Below are positions 1-10,547 of a stretch of 64,000 nt of DNA, in pieces. The DNA lies in assembly GCA_013239625.1 (NCBI GenBank), contig MU056000.1, forward strand, positions 496,001 to 560,000, read 5' to 3'. Below the pieces are notes generated by a model that saw only the letters and a program-made list of their open reading frames with translations, had not been told where the DNA came from and searched no databases. Each line of letters starts with the position of its first letter. Within the stretch, counting starts at the first letter, position 1. Made by a program: the position numbers and the translations under genes. This DNA is from Lama guanicoe (Eukaryota).

Positions 1-84
1 AGCCAGGTGAGGGCAGAGAGCGCACGTGTGCTCCGGGCAGCTTGGTGAGTGCACGTTGACAACAAAAGAGTGTTTTACTTCCAG

Positions 85-171
85 AGTGGCAAGCTGGTGA
101 CTAGGATGTTCCAGAAGATTCAGGACTTGATTGATGATAAAGATGCTCTGGTGTTTGTGCTGATTGACGAG
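85..171 (+). CDS. TRIP13: TRIP13 (PCH2 AAA+ ATPase) internal coding exon, equivalent to human exon 8
   Basis: ttccag| acceptor at 84; 87 nt translate SGKLVTRMFQKIQDLIDDKDALVFVLIDE (ends in Walker B); |gtaggt donor at 172. Matches TRIP13 as recalled. Confidence 0.97.
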
Positions 172-388
172 GTAGGTGTGTTTGGACTCTAAACCTGTGG
201 CTGGAGGGAGCTCAAGATGGGGTGACACCACCAGCCCTACGGGCTGCGGCCTCTTCAGGCTCTGTGTCCTGCAGTCCTTGCCCTCGGCCCCCTCACACCA
301 GGCTCCCAGCACAGGTGGGCACGTGCACACCCACACATGTGTTCATCCTCAGGCTCAGCTGACTGTGCCCCATTGCCTGTCCCCACAG

Positions 389-495
389 GTGGAGAGCCTC
401 ACGGCCGCCCGAAATGCCTGCAGGGCGGGCACCGAGCCTTCAGATGCCATCCGCGTGGTCAACGCTGTCTTGACCCAGATCGATCAGATTAAAAG
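389..495 (+). CDS. TRIP13: TRIP13 coding exon (human exon 9 equivalent)
   Basis: ccccacag| acceptor; 107 nt [35 protein letters not shown](R); AG|gtagcg donor; phases fit flanking exons. Confidence 0.97.
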
Positions 496-1473
496 GTAGC
501 GCCCTGACCCAACGGCTTGTGGGAGACGCCTGGGCTCCTCTCGCCCGCACACCCAGCTTTCCTAGCCAAGAACACATCTGGAGTTGGTGTTGGCTCTGTT
601 GGTTCCATGTTTGAGGCAGCATGTGCTAAATGCACTTTTTAGAAATTAAGTGCAGTTTACTTTCTTAAAGTATTAAAAGTGTAAAATGAAACTTGGGTGT
701 GGGGAAAACACACACCTGCCGAGAAGTATAGAACGAAGCGTCCAGCGTTAGTGCCAACACCACCCGTCCCTCTGCTCGTCCTTGGTGGGGCCAGATTTCG
801 TGTCTCTGCAGCGCAGCCCTGCAGGTCTAGGGCCTGTGGTCAGGTGCCCATAGCTGATCTGCTCTAGGGGTGGCTCCCACCAACCTGACTCCTGGGGAGG
901 TGATGGACAAGCGAGAACCCCCATCTCTTCTGTGCCGCGCTCCAGCACGCCCTCTGCCAGCTCTGAGTGAGCCGGCCGGACAGTAGTGGCTCTCTCGTGG
1001 AGTCTGGGCACTAGAGACTGGAGAGCAGCAGGTGGACAGCATAAGTAGTTCACTATTCATAGCGTGTTGGGGTGATGGGAGCTGCATGATGGGCTGTCGT
1101 GTGGCCATGCCCGGGCGGGGTGTGGGTGCAGGGGGTTCAGGAGACGAGGCAGTCAGGGATGCTGACAGAGGTGAGGGCTTCACTGTGGGTGAAGGAGATG
1201 GGGAGCTGTCGAGCAGGGGTCTGGGGTCTGGGAGAGCTTTCCAGGAGGCAGGACAGCAACCAGAGCAAGGCCCGGAGGGTCTGCTGTGCTGCAGCCAGGA
1301 AGACCTGGCAGGACCGGGGGTCAGGCAGGAGCTCAGGGTGTGGGAGTGTGGCCGGCTGAGGGGCGCCGGCTGAACGCCTGGGACCTGGGCGGCCCTCTGT
1401 CCTGACACCCTCTGTCAGGTCAGGTGTGGTGGCATCTGGGGCAGGGTGACTGGCCCTCACTCTCTGCCTGCAG

Positions 1474-1627
1474 GCACTCCAACGTGGTGATCCTGACCAC
1501 CTCCAACATCACGGAGAGGATCGATGTGGCCTTCGTGGACAGGGCAGACATCAGGCAGTACATTGGGCCGCCCTCTGCAGCAGCCATCTTCAAAATCTAC
1601 CTCTCCTGCGTGGAAGAGCTGATGAAG
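1474..1627 (+). CDS. TRIP13: TRIP13 coding exon (human exon 10 equivalent; sensor-1 and Arg-finger region)
   Basis: ctgcag| acceptor; 154 nt [51 protein letters not shown]; |gtacct donor. Confidence 0.97.
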
Positions 1628-2001
1628 GTACCTTGATTTCTTTTTGACTCTCTCCTAATCGGTTAGATTCCCCAAATTTTCTTAACTCACCAGCGTAGTT
1701 TAAAATACCGGCTCTAATACAGAGTGAAGTGCCCCAGCGTGGCATCAGCTGTCCTGTTAGGCTGGACACTGCTGCTGTTGTACCTCACAGGTTGAGCTGA
1801 AATCGTGGCCGCTGACTCAGTTTTGCTCTTTTGAGACAAAATGATCCTCGTGATTGTTTGAGCTGCCAGTCTGTGGATGACGAGTGGAGGGTGCGGGCAC
1901 TCCTGGTCCTCACGGCCTTTGCAAGTAGCCTGCTCTCTGGCCTCCATTTCCTCCCCTGAAAGGAGGAGAAGGATGGTGGTCCTGGTCCACGGGGTTCTCC
2001 T

Positions 2002-2608
2002 GACTGGGGGTCACAGCTCACAGGGCAGTCACGGGACTGGGGGGTCACAGCTCACAGGGAGGTCACGGGACTGGGAGGTCACAGCTCACAGGGCGGTCAC
2101 GGGACTGGGGGGGCACAGCTCACAGGGAGGTCACGGGACTGGGGGGTCACAGCTCTCAGGGAGATCACGGGACTGGGAGGTCACAGCTCACAGGGAGGTC
2201 ACTGGACTCGGGGGGTCACAGCTCACAGGGCAGTCACAGGACTGGGGGGTCACAGCTCACAGGGAGGTCACTGGACTGGGAGGTCACAGCTCACAGGGCA
2301 GTCACTGGACTGGGGGGGGTCACAGCTCACAGGGCAGTCACGGGACTGGGGGGTCACAGCTCTCAGGGAGGTCACTGGACTGGGGGGTCACAGCTCACAG
2401 GGGGGTCACGGGACTGGGGGGTCACAGCTCACAGGGAGGTCACGGGACTGGGAGGTCACAGCTCACAGGGCGGTCACGGGACTGGGGGGTCACAGCTCAC
2501 AGGGAGGTCACGGGACTGGGGGGTCACAGCTCACAGGGAGGTCACGGGACTGGGAGGTCACAGCTCACAGGACAGTCACTGGACTGGGGGTCACAGCTCA
2601 CAGGGCAG
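2002..2608 (+). repeat. G-rich minisatellite (VNTR) in TRIP13 intron 10, ~34 bp unit x ~18
   Basis: Unit about GACTGGGGGGTCACAGCTCACAGGGAGGTCACGG; 18 CAGCTC cores counted by eye. Confidence 0.95.
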
Positions 2609-3789
2609 TTGTCGGCTTCAGCGTTGGTGTCTCTGTGGCCCCATGTTCTGGCAGCGTCAAGGGCACAGTGGCAGTGACTCAGTCACTTCACAGTCTGGGC
2701 CCCCACATCCTTGCAAGGATGACAGCCTCTGATGGGGGAAGGAGCTAGTCTCAGCCCAGAGTGCACTGCCCTGGCGTGCACACCGCGTCCTGCTTTCCTG
2801 TGCCATGGAGAGAAGGGTGGGGCTGGTGGACCTCTGACGTGATCGGCGGAGATGTTGCAGCGTCGCGCCCGCTGGGGGCGCCAGGCTTCCCCTCCGCGCC
2901 GCACACTATGCTGTGCCTAGAGGGTGTGCTGAGCGGGAGCCGCGCATGCAGGCTTCACCTGGCAGCTGAGTGCGTGGGTGGGGTCGTTTCTCAGTCTGAC
3001 GGGTTATAGGGAATTAGACGGCAGGATGTCGCGGTGGAGGCTGGCCGGTCCTGAAGACTGTTGGCCTTTGACTGTGGCCCATGTTCTGCCAGGGCCTGCG
3101 GATGGCTTGTGTCACGAGAGGGGCCGTGAGGGCTGTCCGGGGAGGCTGCAGAGGCCTGAGGAGTGTCACTGAGTCAGATGGGAGGTCAGAAGTCCCCTGG
3201 CACAAACCCTGTTGCTTAGTTCTCCTTGCAATCGTCACCAAAGCTAAACAGGTGCAGAGAAGGCTGCTCCTTCCTCCTCCTCTCCTGGCTCCTGAGCCCA
3301 CGGCTGTGCTGGATGCATCAGTAGTGGGCAGCATGGGCACCCGGGAGGGCGTCCAGCGTGCAGACATGTGGTCTGTGAGGTGAACGCGAAGACCCGGGTT
3401 CGTGTCAGCTGGAGGCTTTCGGTCCCCCAAGTAAGAATCTGAACTGGACAGCAGTGAAAAGAGACCCTCCTTGAGAGGCTGGCCAGGTCCCGGCTCCAGG
3501 GCCCTCTGCCCGTCCTGGGTTGTGACACGTCACTGGAGCTGGTTACCAGCCCGCGCTCAGCTGCTGAGCTTGCCTGGCTTGTGGTTCGGGCCGCGTGGAG
3601 GAGGCTGAGACGCTGTGTTTCTGAGACGCGTTTTGCTCTCCGCATTCTTATCTCTGTCAGAAGCAGCCGCTGGGGTGGAGGTGAGAACCCGCAGGTCCGG
3701 CAGCCCTGTTTGCCTTTCTGAGGCATGGCAAGACGTGTACTTGCCTGCTGAGTGCTGTCCCTGTGGCCAACACGCCCCTGTCCCCACAG

Positions 3790-3902
3790 TGTCAGATCAT
3801 ATACCCCCGCCAGCAGCTGCTGACCCTCCGTGAGCTGGAGATGATCGGGTTCATCGAGAACAACGTGTCCAAGCTGAGCCTCCTCCTGAGCGAGATCTCG
3901 AG
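3790..3902 (+). CDS. TRIP13: TRIP13 coding exon (human exon 11 equivalent)
   Basis: ccccacag| acceptor; 113 nt CQIIYPRQQLLTLRELEMIGFIENNVSKLSLLLSEIS(R); |gtgtgt donor. Confidence 0.97.
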
Positions 3903-4198
3903 GTGTGTGCGGGGCGCCCTGTCACCGGGAGGAGCCGTTTGCCTTGGCGTCGGGGAGCTGTGACTGCGCATGGCAGCGGGGGTGGTTAGGGGTCACATGA
4001 CAGGGCTTGGCTCCCAGGGCGTCACACACGCATCGAAAGCGCCTCACCTCCAACCCTGCACTCCTGGACCGGAGGGCAGAGGTCAGCACCCTCCCGGAGG
4101 TCCTGGTGGACAATGAAGACGTGCCAGGCGTTCAGAGTAAGGCCCTCGTGCTGCCTTAGGCAGTGTTTGTTGGCAAGAAAAGAAAATGGAATCTTGTA

Positions 4199-4383
4199 GG
4201 GGCGGGTGTAGCTCAGTGGTAGAGGTGCACGCTCAGCACACACGAGGTCCTGGCTTCCATCTCCAGTACCTCCATTAAGCAAATAAATGAGCAAGCAAAC
4301 AACAAACAAATAAGAGCAAAGTAAATAAGAATAATTACCCCTGCCCCAAAAAAGTGTAAGGAAAAAAACCAAGCTAAAAAAAG
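4199..4383 (+). mobile_element. tRNA-derived SINE, camelid Vic-1-like, in TRIP13 intron 11
   Basis: GGGGCGGGTGTAGCTCAGTGGTAGAG (A box), GAGGTCCTGGCTTCCATCTCCAGTACCTCC (degenerate B box), A-rich linker, TAATTACCCC motif, A-rich tail. Confidence 0.85.
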
Positions 4384-5054
4384 TTCATTAGAAACGGACG
4401 CTTTTGCTTTGCCAAGCAGAGTAAACAGTTAAACAGTTAGGGCAGGAGCTTGGTGCTTTGGGAAAGAGGAAAGCGTTTGGTCCTGCTGCCTGGACACAGA
4501 GAGACATGTGAGCACCAGGAGTCCCAGGTGCACGAGCTCGAGGCCCAGGCTGGTGGCACTTTCAGGCTCTCAGGTGTCCTTGTGATCCACAGGTGGGGAA
4601 GGGAAGGCCCGAAATGGAGCAGAGCCTTGAAAGACAGTTAGAATTTGGATAAACTGGGGAGAATTCAGGAAGGCCGCGGGCGTTGTGTGTGCGGGTGACC
4701 TCAGGTGGTGATGCTGGGTGGGGGGGTGGGCTCACAGGTACTGTCTGTTGAAGAGATTTAAAGTTGTTGTGGTGGGACAGAGGACAACGGTTCAGAGACT
4801 TGTGCAAAAATTCTTCAAGACGTTGAACCAGCCTGGTTTCTTGGGGAACCCAAGTGCCAGCTGGGTACCCCCCTCATCCTGTGCCGTGCACGGTGTCAGG
4901 GCAGCGAGGACCCCGTCCCTCCGGGAGCAGTGGCTGCGGCCTGCGGGAGACCAGCCCCCCGTGAGGGGCTGTCAGGGAGGGACATCAGGGACTAGTCATG
5001 ACACGTGTGGCTGTCCGTGTGGTGTTGACGTCCCCAAGCTGGTTACCTTCACAG

Positions 5055-5124
5055 GAAGAGCGAAGGCCTCAGCGGTCGGGTCCTGAGAAAACTCCCTTTC
5101 CTGGCTCACGCGCTGTACATTCAG
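5055..5124 (+). CDS. TRIP13: TRIP13 coding exon (human exon 12 equivalent)
   Basis: ttcacag| acceptor; 70 nt (R)KSEGLSGRVLRKLPFLAHALYIQ; |gtgagc donor. Confidence 0.97.
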
Positions 5125-5428
5125 GTGAGCCCCCAGCCACCCTCTGCTCTGGGCCCTGCTTCACCACCGCCTGTTCTGTCCGGCAGGATGTGGCCTCACT
5201 GAGCCCCACTTGCCACCGTTGGGGCTTCTGCCTCATTTCATTGTTTCTAATGTGACGGGCTCCTCAGGCAGCGGGAGGCAGGGCCGGGTGCCTGCCCACG
5301 TCCTTTGGCACATCGAGGGCTCACGTCCAGGCCTCCCTGCCTCCTCAGGTGCTCGCGCTGGGTGGGTGGGTGCTGCTGGGCGGCCCTGCCGAGCGCCAGG
5401 ACCTCCACGATGCCATCTGTCTTTCCAG

Positions 5429-5524
5429 GCCCCCACCGTCACCATCGAGGGCTTCCTCCAGGCCCTGTCTCTGGCAGTGGACAAGCAGTTTGAGGAGAGA
5501 AAGAAGCTCTCCTCTTGCATGTGA
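5429..5524 (+). CDS. TRIP13: TRIP13 last coding exon (human exon 13 equivalent) to stop codon
   Basis: ctttccag| acceptor; APTVTIEGFLQALSLAVDKQFEERKKLSSCM then TGA at 5522-5524. Confidence 0.97.
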   Translation, partial: APTVTIEGFLQALSLAVDKQFEERKKLSSCM

Positions 5525-6201
5525 CCGGAGTTCCCCACCACGTTCTCGGTGAGCTCACAGCTAGGAAGCAGCATCGCTTCCCTCGTGGCCCAGCCGCCCT
5601 GGGAGACTCCGAGCCCACGGCTGGGACCTGCAGGCTGGACACCCACAGGCCGGGGTGCTCACGGAGCGCGTTGTGTCCTCGTAGCTCTAAGTGCGCGTTA
5701 GCAGACGAGCAGCCTGTCGTTCTGCTGTTCTGAGAGAGGACCACAGAGCTCTGTGGAGGGCTGTCCTGGATCCTGCCTCCGTGATTGGACCCAGAGTGCT
5801 GACAGGTTTTGCTTAGAAAAGATGTGATGTCAGGTTTACGTGAGCAGAGGGGAGACTGTGTCGTCCCAGATAAGAGCGTGATCACGGCGTTGAACCCGTG
5901 CACGTCCCGCCAGACAGGGCGGCGGCCCTTCCTCCCGTGAGCGTGTGTGTTCAGCGCAGGCGTTATGGGGGCTGTCTGATGAATAAGAAAAGCCCGTTCC
6001 TGTGTTACAGAAATCGAGGAACAAATTCTAGGTCAAGTGTTCTCCGCAGGAAGCAGACGCGGTGCTGTTTGTGGGAGAGCTGCGGCTGGCCTGGGGCGGC
6101 CTCCCTGGCGGTCAGCGCGGGAGCATCACGGGGACGCCCCGACTTGCTTGTTCAGTGACAGCGGTCTCGGCGCAAATGAAGACGCACCTCAGCGGGTGTA
6201 G

Positions 6202-6343
6202 AATAAACTGGTCAATAACTGGTGTGCTCTGCAGAATGTTGTTTTGCTTTTATCTCATGGCAAAATAAATTCCAGATTAGTGTTGTGTACACATTTTTAA
6301 AAGAACGTGTTACTGTTTGTTATAGAACTTTTTAAGTATTAAA
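6202..6343 (+). terminator. TRIP13: TRIP13 polyadenylation signal cluster
   Basis: AATAAA at 6202-6207 and 6264-6269, ATTAAA at 6338-6343, each followed by GU/U-rich DNA, in an AT-rich patch ~700-800 nt after the stop. Confidence 0.75.
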
Positions 6344-8089
6344 ATTTTTTCCCCAGAATTTTCAGTTTGATTCTCTTATCTCTCCCAAGTGCTTTGAGCT
6401 TTATTTAAAAATTGCTCACCGGCTCCATGCAGCCGTGCTGGGGTCTCTGGGCCTCTTCACCCCTGGGTCTTTGTGGGGATGGGGTCCTGTGTCCCGAGAA
6501 CGTGCCCGAAGTTTCTGAATGCTCACAGCCCCTTGGTGACGCCCCAGAGTCTGGCCGGGGCTGTTCCCTCCTGCAGTTCAGCTGGGGTGTGGCCTCTTCC
6601 CTCCTCTGGGGGGGCCGGCAGGTCCCCAGATGGGCTGTGCTGCTTAATCCCTGTTAGGGGGAGTGGGGGTACCTCTGCAGGCTCAGAGGTTCAGACAGGT
6701 CAGGGGGGTTATGTCGGGGCCCTGCTCAGACATCCTGTTCCTGGGTCACGGTCCAGGGTGCCCCAGGGCCCTGACCTGCCTCTTGGCTGACACTGTGCTG
6801 TCTCGAGCTGAGCTGCTCCACCCAGGAATTCTCTGTGTGTCTTCTCTCTGCCACCCAAGAGGCACTCCTCTGAGTGTCCAGAGGCTCTCTGGCCCTCACG
6901 CTCCTTGGAGGTCAGTTGTTAACCGCTCGCAGCTTGTCCTCCTCTGCGTGCAGGGCATCCGGGTGACTTAGGATCAGCCTCCGCTCCACGTCCCATTGCC
7001 TCTCCGTTGACTTTCCCGAGCCCTTCCCCCACCTCTGGCTGGCACACCCCCACTGCACGGGCCGGCCTCCTCCTGGCCGCGCTGCCTGCCCCTCCCCCCG
7101 CCAGGGACGGTGTCCGCCCCCCACCGTGCAGAGAGTGCTCCAAGCAGGGGAAGCGGGCCTGGGCAGCAGGAGCCGTCAGACCACCGCGTGGACCCCGCGG
7201 GTTGGACTGTCCGCCCGAGGATGGCGTGTTAACGGAGCCCGTGCTGCGGGAGGGAGGCCCTGGAAGCACTCGGCACTGTCATGAGCACATACGTCGTGGA
7301 CACTGCAGGGAACACGGGGCTCCCGGGTCAAAGACGAAGGTCTTCGTCGTGCACAGCACGGCCTTTGTTCCTTGTGTCCCCACATCCCATGGGGCCACGG
7401 GCAGGGTTCAGGTGGATGCTGGTGGCCGTCAGGGCTGCAGACTCTGGGCTGGGGAGACCTAGTCTCCTGCCAGTGGGAGGCAAACCTACCCTCTGCTCCA
7501 TGGGAGGACCGTGGACGTCCCTGACCGGACAGTCGATGCACAGAGGAGTGTGGTCCTGCCTGGGGCCACTGGGAGGAAGGTGCCTCTGTGGGCCGGGGGC
7601 GGACCTGAGGGGCTAACGGTGGGAGGTGACCACGGCCCTGGCAGTCTGGCGGGGTCTGGTGAGCACAGAAAGCCTGCCCCAGGTTCGACCAGGAGGCGTG
7701 AGCCCAGAGAGGCCGGCTGTCAGGGGGAGGTTGGCACTAACTCCTGGAGGGCCCTGGTGGGACACGCAGCACCCTGGGGGACAAGGTGGCGTTAGAGCAG
7801 GTGGAGACGTGTGGTAGGACCCCTGCAGTGCGCGTCGGGTCTGGGGAGTGGGAAGGGCAGGGAGGGGCACTGAAGATGGTTGGGAAACTTCCGCCGGAGG
7901 ACAGGAGGACACGGCTAGTGGCACATCTGCATCGGCGGCAGCAAAGAGCCCGGCGGAGGTTGGATGGAGACGTGTGGCTGGGTCCACGGTGAGCGCGGCC
8001 CCGGCCCCAGGGAGCCGCAGTCTCCGACTGCAGGAGAGGGCAGCACAGCCAGGAGCGCAGGCGGGGCCGCGGGGCGTGAGGCCGGCTAC

Positions 8090-8960
8090 CTTCTCTCCGG
8101 GTCGCTGTGTCATTTATGCCTGAGACCTTCGCTCCCTGTGACCCAAGCCGACACTGGTGACTGGAACCGTCTCTCGCTGTCACCTGAGCTGCTGCGCTAC
8201 GACAAGAGCCTTCTTTCCACGTCACCTGAGTTGTTGTTTGTGACTTGAAACCTTTCTTTCTCTGTCATGTGAGTGACTGTGACTGGAAGCTGCGTCTCTG
8301 TGACTTCACTTACCATTTATAACTGGAAACCTTCTTTGTCCTATGAGTTCGTCTGTATAGGTGGAATGTTCTTTTCTTATCACCTGAGTTATAATTTTTG
8401 ACCGAAAACCTTGCACTTCCTCCCATCTGAGTTATGACTTACGATGGGAACCCCGTTTATCCTGCGTCACTGGTTGTAACTGGAAGCGCCCGCCGGCACC
8501 CGGTCTCCCTTCGCGCGCGGGGCATTCTCCTTCGCCTGAATAGTCAGCTGTAAATGGAAAGCGCTCTCCTGCGTCACGCTGGTTACGTGTGACGAGAGAT
8601 CTTCCTGCCGCCTGAACTACCATTTATGACAGCGACGTCTTCCCTCTCACCTGAGCTGCGTCTGTGGCTGGAATCCGTTCTTTGCTCTCGTCCGACCGCT
8701 CCTTTATGACTGGGCGCCTTCTCTGTGCCACCTGTTGTCGCTCGTGCCTGAAATCCCCATCCTCTCCCGAGTGTGTCATCACTCGCGGCTGGAATTTTTC
8801 CTCCTGTCTCTTCACTTGCCGCTTGTAGGACAAAGCCTCCTTCTCTGCCTCCTGACTTGCCATTTGTGACAGGAAACCCTTATTCTCCAGCATCTGCTTG
8901 TTGATTCATGGAAACCTTCCTTCTCTCTCACTGAAGTATCACTTACATCCAGAAAACGTC
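8090..8960. repeat. Highly degenerate tandem array, ~40-42 bp period, ~22 units
   Basis: Recurrent TGACTGGAAACCTTC and TCACCTGAGTT-like motifs at 35-43 bp spacing (see findings). Confidence 0.8.
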
Positions 8961-10430
8961 CTAAGCTGGGACCTGCCCAGAGCCCGGGCCGGCGGTCTCT
9001 GTGGCCACCTTCCCCTGTCCAGCCTGCGGCTCCTCCCGGGGAATCTGGGCGGTCAGGAGGCGGGAGAGGAAGGCCTCCTGGTGCGAGTCAGAGCGCGGGC
9101 GCGAGACAGGGAGCCGTGCTCAGCCAAGGAAGCGGGTCGTGGAGACAGACGGCTGCTCACGTGGGGGAGACAGTCATGGAGGACGGCCCGGGCGACAGGA
9201 GAGAAGGTTCTGGTCGCAGAGGAAACGTAGGTGACTGAAGCTGTGGGCAGAAGCCTGGGTGACATACTCGACACACGACAGCGGAGGAACGTGTGGCTTC
9301 TGAGGTGGAATTGCCCATGTGGGGCCGCCAGGCCTGGATCCCTGCCGGGGGAGGCGCCCCGCGGCGAGCAGACTGCGCTCCGTCGGGGCCCCTCGGGCCC
9401 TCCACGCTCCTCCCTGAAAGAGAAGCTCTTCTCCTCCTTTCTGTGATTTGACCCTGGGAGTCTGAGCTCCTGGGGTTGGACGTGCACCCGGGGACAGCTC
9501 CCCCTTCTGTCCAGCTCCCGGACATGGCCACCCTCGGGACAGGGCCGACTCACCGGCCGGCAGCCGTCACCCCGCGTGAGCGCCCAGCAGCCCCGAGGGC
9601 GCCTCCCCTCCTCAGACGGCCGCTCCGCGTGGCCCCGTCTCCGGTGAGAGGTCTGGAGTCGGGACCTGGATTTCTCCGGGTGGAGCACTTCATCTGATCC
9701 AGGGGTTACAGACTTCAAAACCCATGGAACTTCTTTTCAGAAGAAGCCTCACCTGGAAGCCCAGCCTGAGGGTGAAGCAAAGGAGAACTTCCACACAGGG
9801 AGGAGCAGGTGGAGCGCCCGCGCGGGTGGCTCCCCCGCGGCCCTGCCCCGGAGCTCTGGGGTGGGGCCCAGGCCTCCCTGCAAGCTGCCTGTAGGGAAGG
9901 ACGAAGTCCTTCTCTGCCTTGGGTTTTGTGACGGGAAGGTGCCACCAGGGGAGGTGGGGCTGGGAGGGCCCCGGTGGGAACAGTTCCCAGAAAACCATTC
10001 GGTGATCGGCTTCCCAGAGAGGCCAGTATCTGGGCTCTCAGGAGCTTCTCAACCTTTCCATCACCTCGAGGGGAGAACAGAAGGCGATCGGGGTTGCTGG
10101 GGCCTGTGGCCCTGTGCACCTGTCCCTTGGGCAGGCAGGAGCATTTCTACAGCCCAGCCCTTGAGACCCTAAGCCCCACACGCTGCACCACTGAGCTCAG
10201 GGGCAGAGGCTGTCTCCCAGAGGTGGTGCTGCAGGGAAGGTTCCCGAGCCCCGCGGGGAGTTCAGGCTCTGGTGTGGGAGGTCCCCAGGGGCCATCGAGT
10301 CCGCCAGGTGGGACCCTCCCAGCTGGGGCGAAGTCAGAGGGCAGCTGGGCCACGGGGCGGGTCTAGTTCTGCCAGGGGTGGCCACAGGTGGGCCTGAGCC
10401 TGCGAGGACCAGCAGTGACCATGACCTGTC

Positions 10431-10547
10431 GCCCCAGGGCAGCAGGGGTCCCGTCCCGTGACTGCACCAGGACCATGGGAGCGGGGGTCATGTCCCAGGG
10501 CTGCCCCAGGGCAGCAGGGGTCCCACTCTGCGGCTGCACCAGGACCA
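10431..10547 (+). repeat. Local direct duplication, 72 bp period
   Basis: GCCCCAGGGCAGCAGGGGTCCC(N9)CTGCACCAGGACCA at 10431-10475 and 10503-10547. Confidence 0.8.

Noticed and set aside
1877-2677. 266-aa ORF with GGHSSQG/VTAHR repeats
   Set aside because: It is the translation of the stop-poor intronic minisatellite; the unit length is not a fixed multiple of 3.
4199-4275. tRNA gene call
   Set aside because: A/B boxes run into a SINE body and A-rich tail, and related copies occur at 24231 and 28308; this is a tRNA-derived SINE.
5500-5524. Possible prenylation signal at the TRIP13 C-terminus (KKLSSCM)
   Set aside because: Cys is second from the end, not fourth, so it is not CaaX, nor a CC/CXC motif.
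8090-8960. CRISPR-like or micro-exon/recursive-splice reading of the array (minus strand has TTTCCAG and CAGGTGA in the unit)
   Set aside because: Mammalian DNA, no identical repeats with unique spacers, no cas genes; implied introns (~24 nt) are far too short for the spliceosome.
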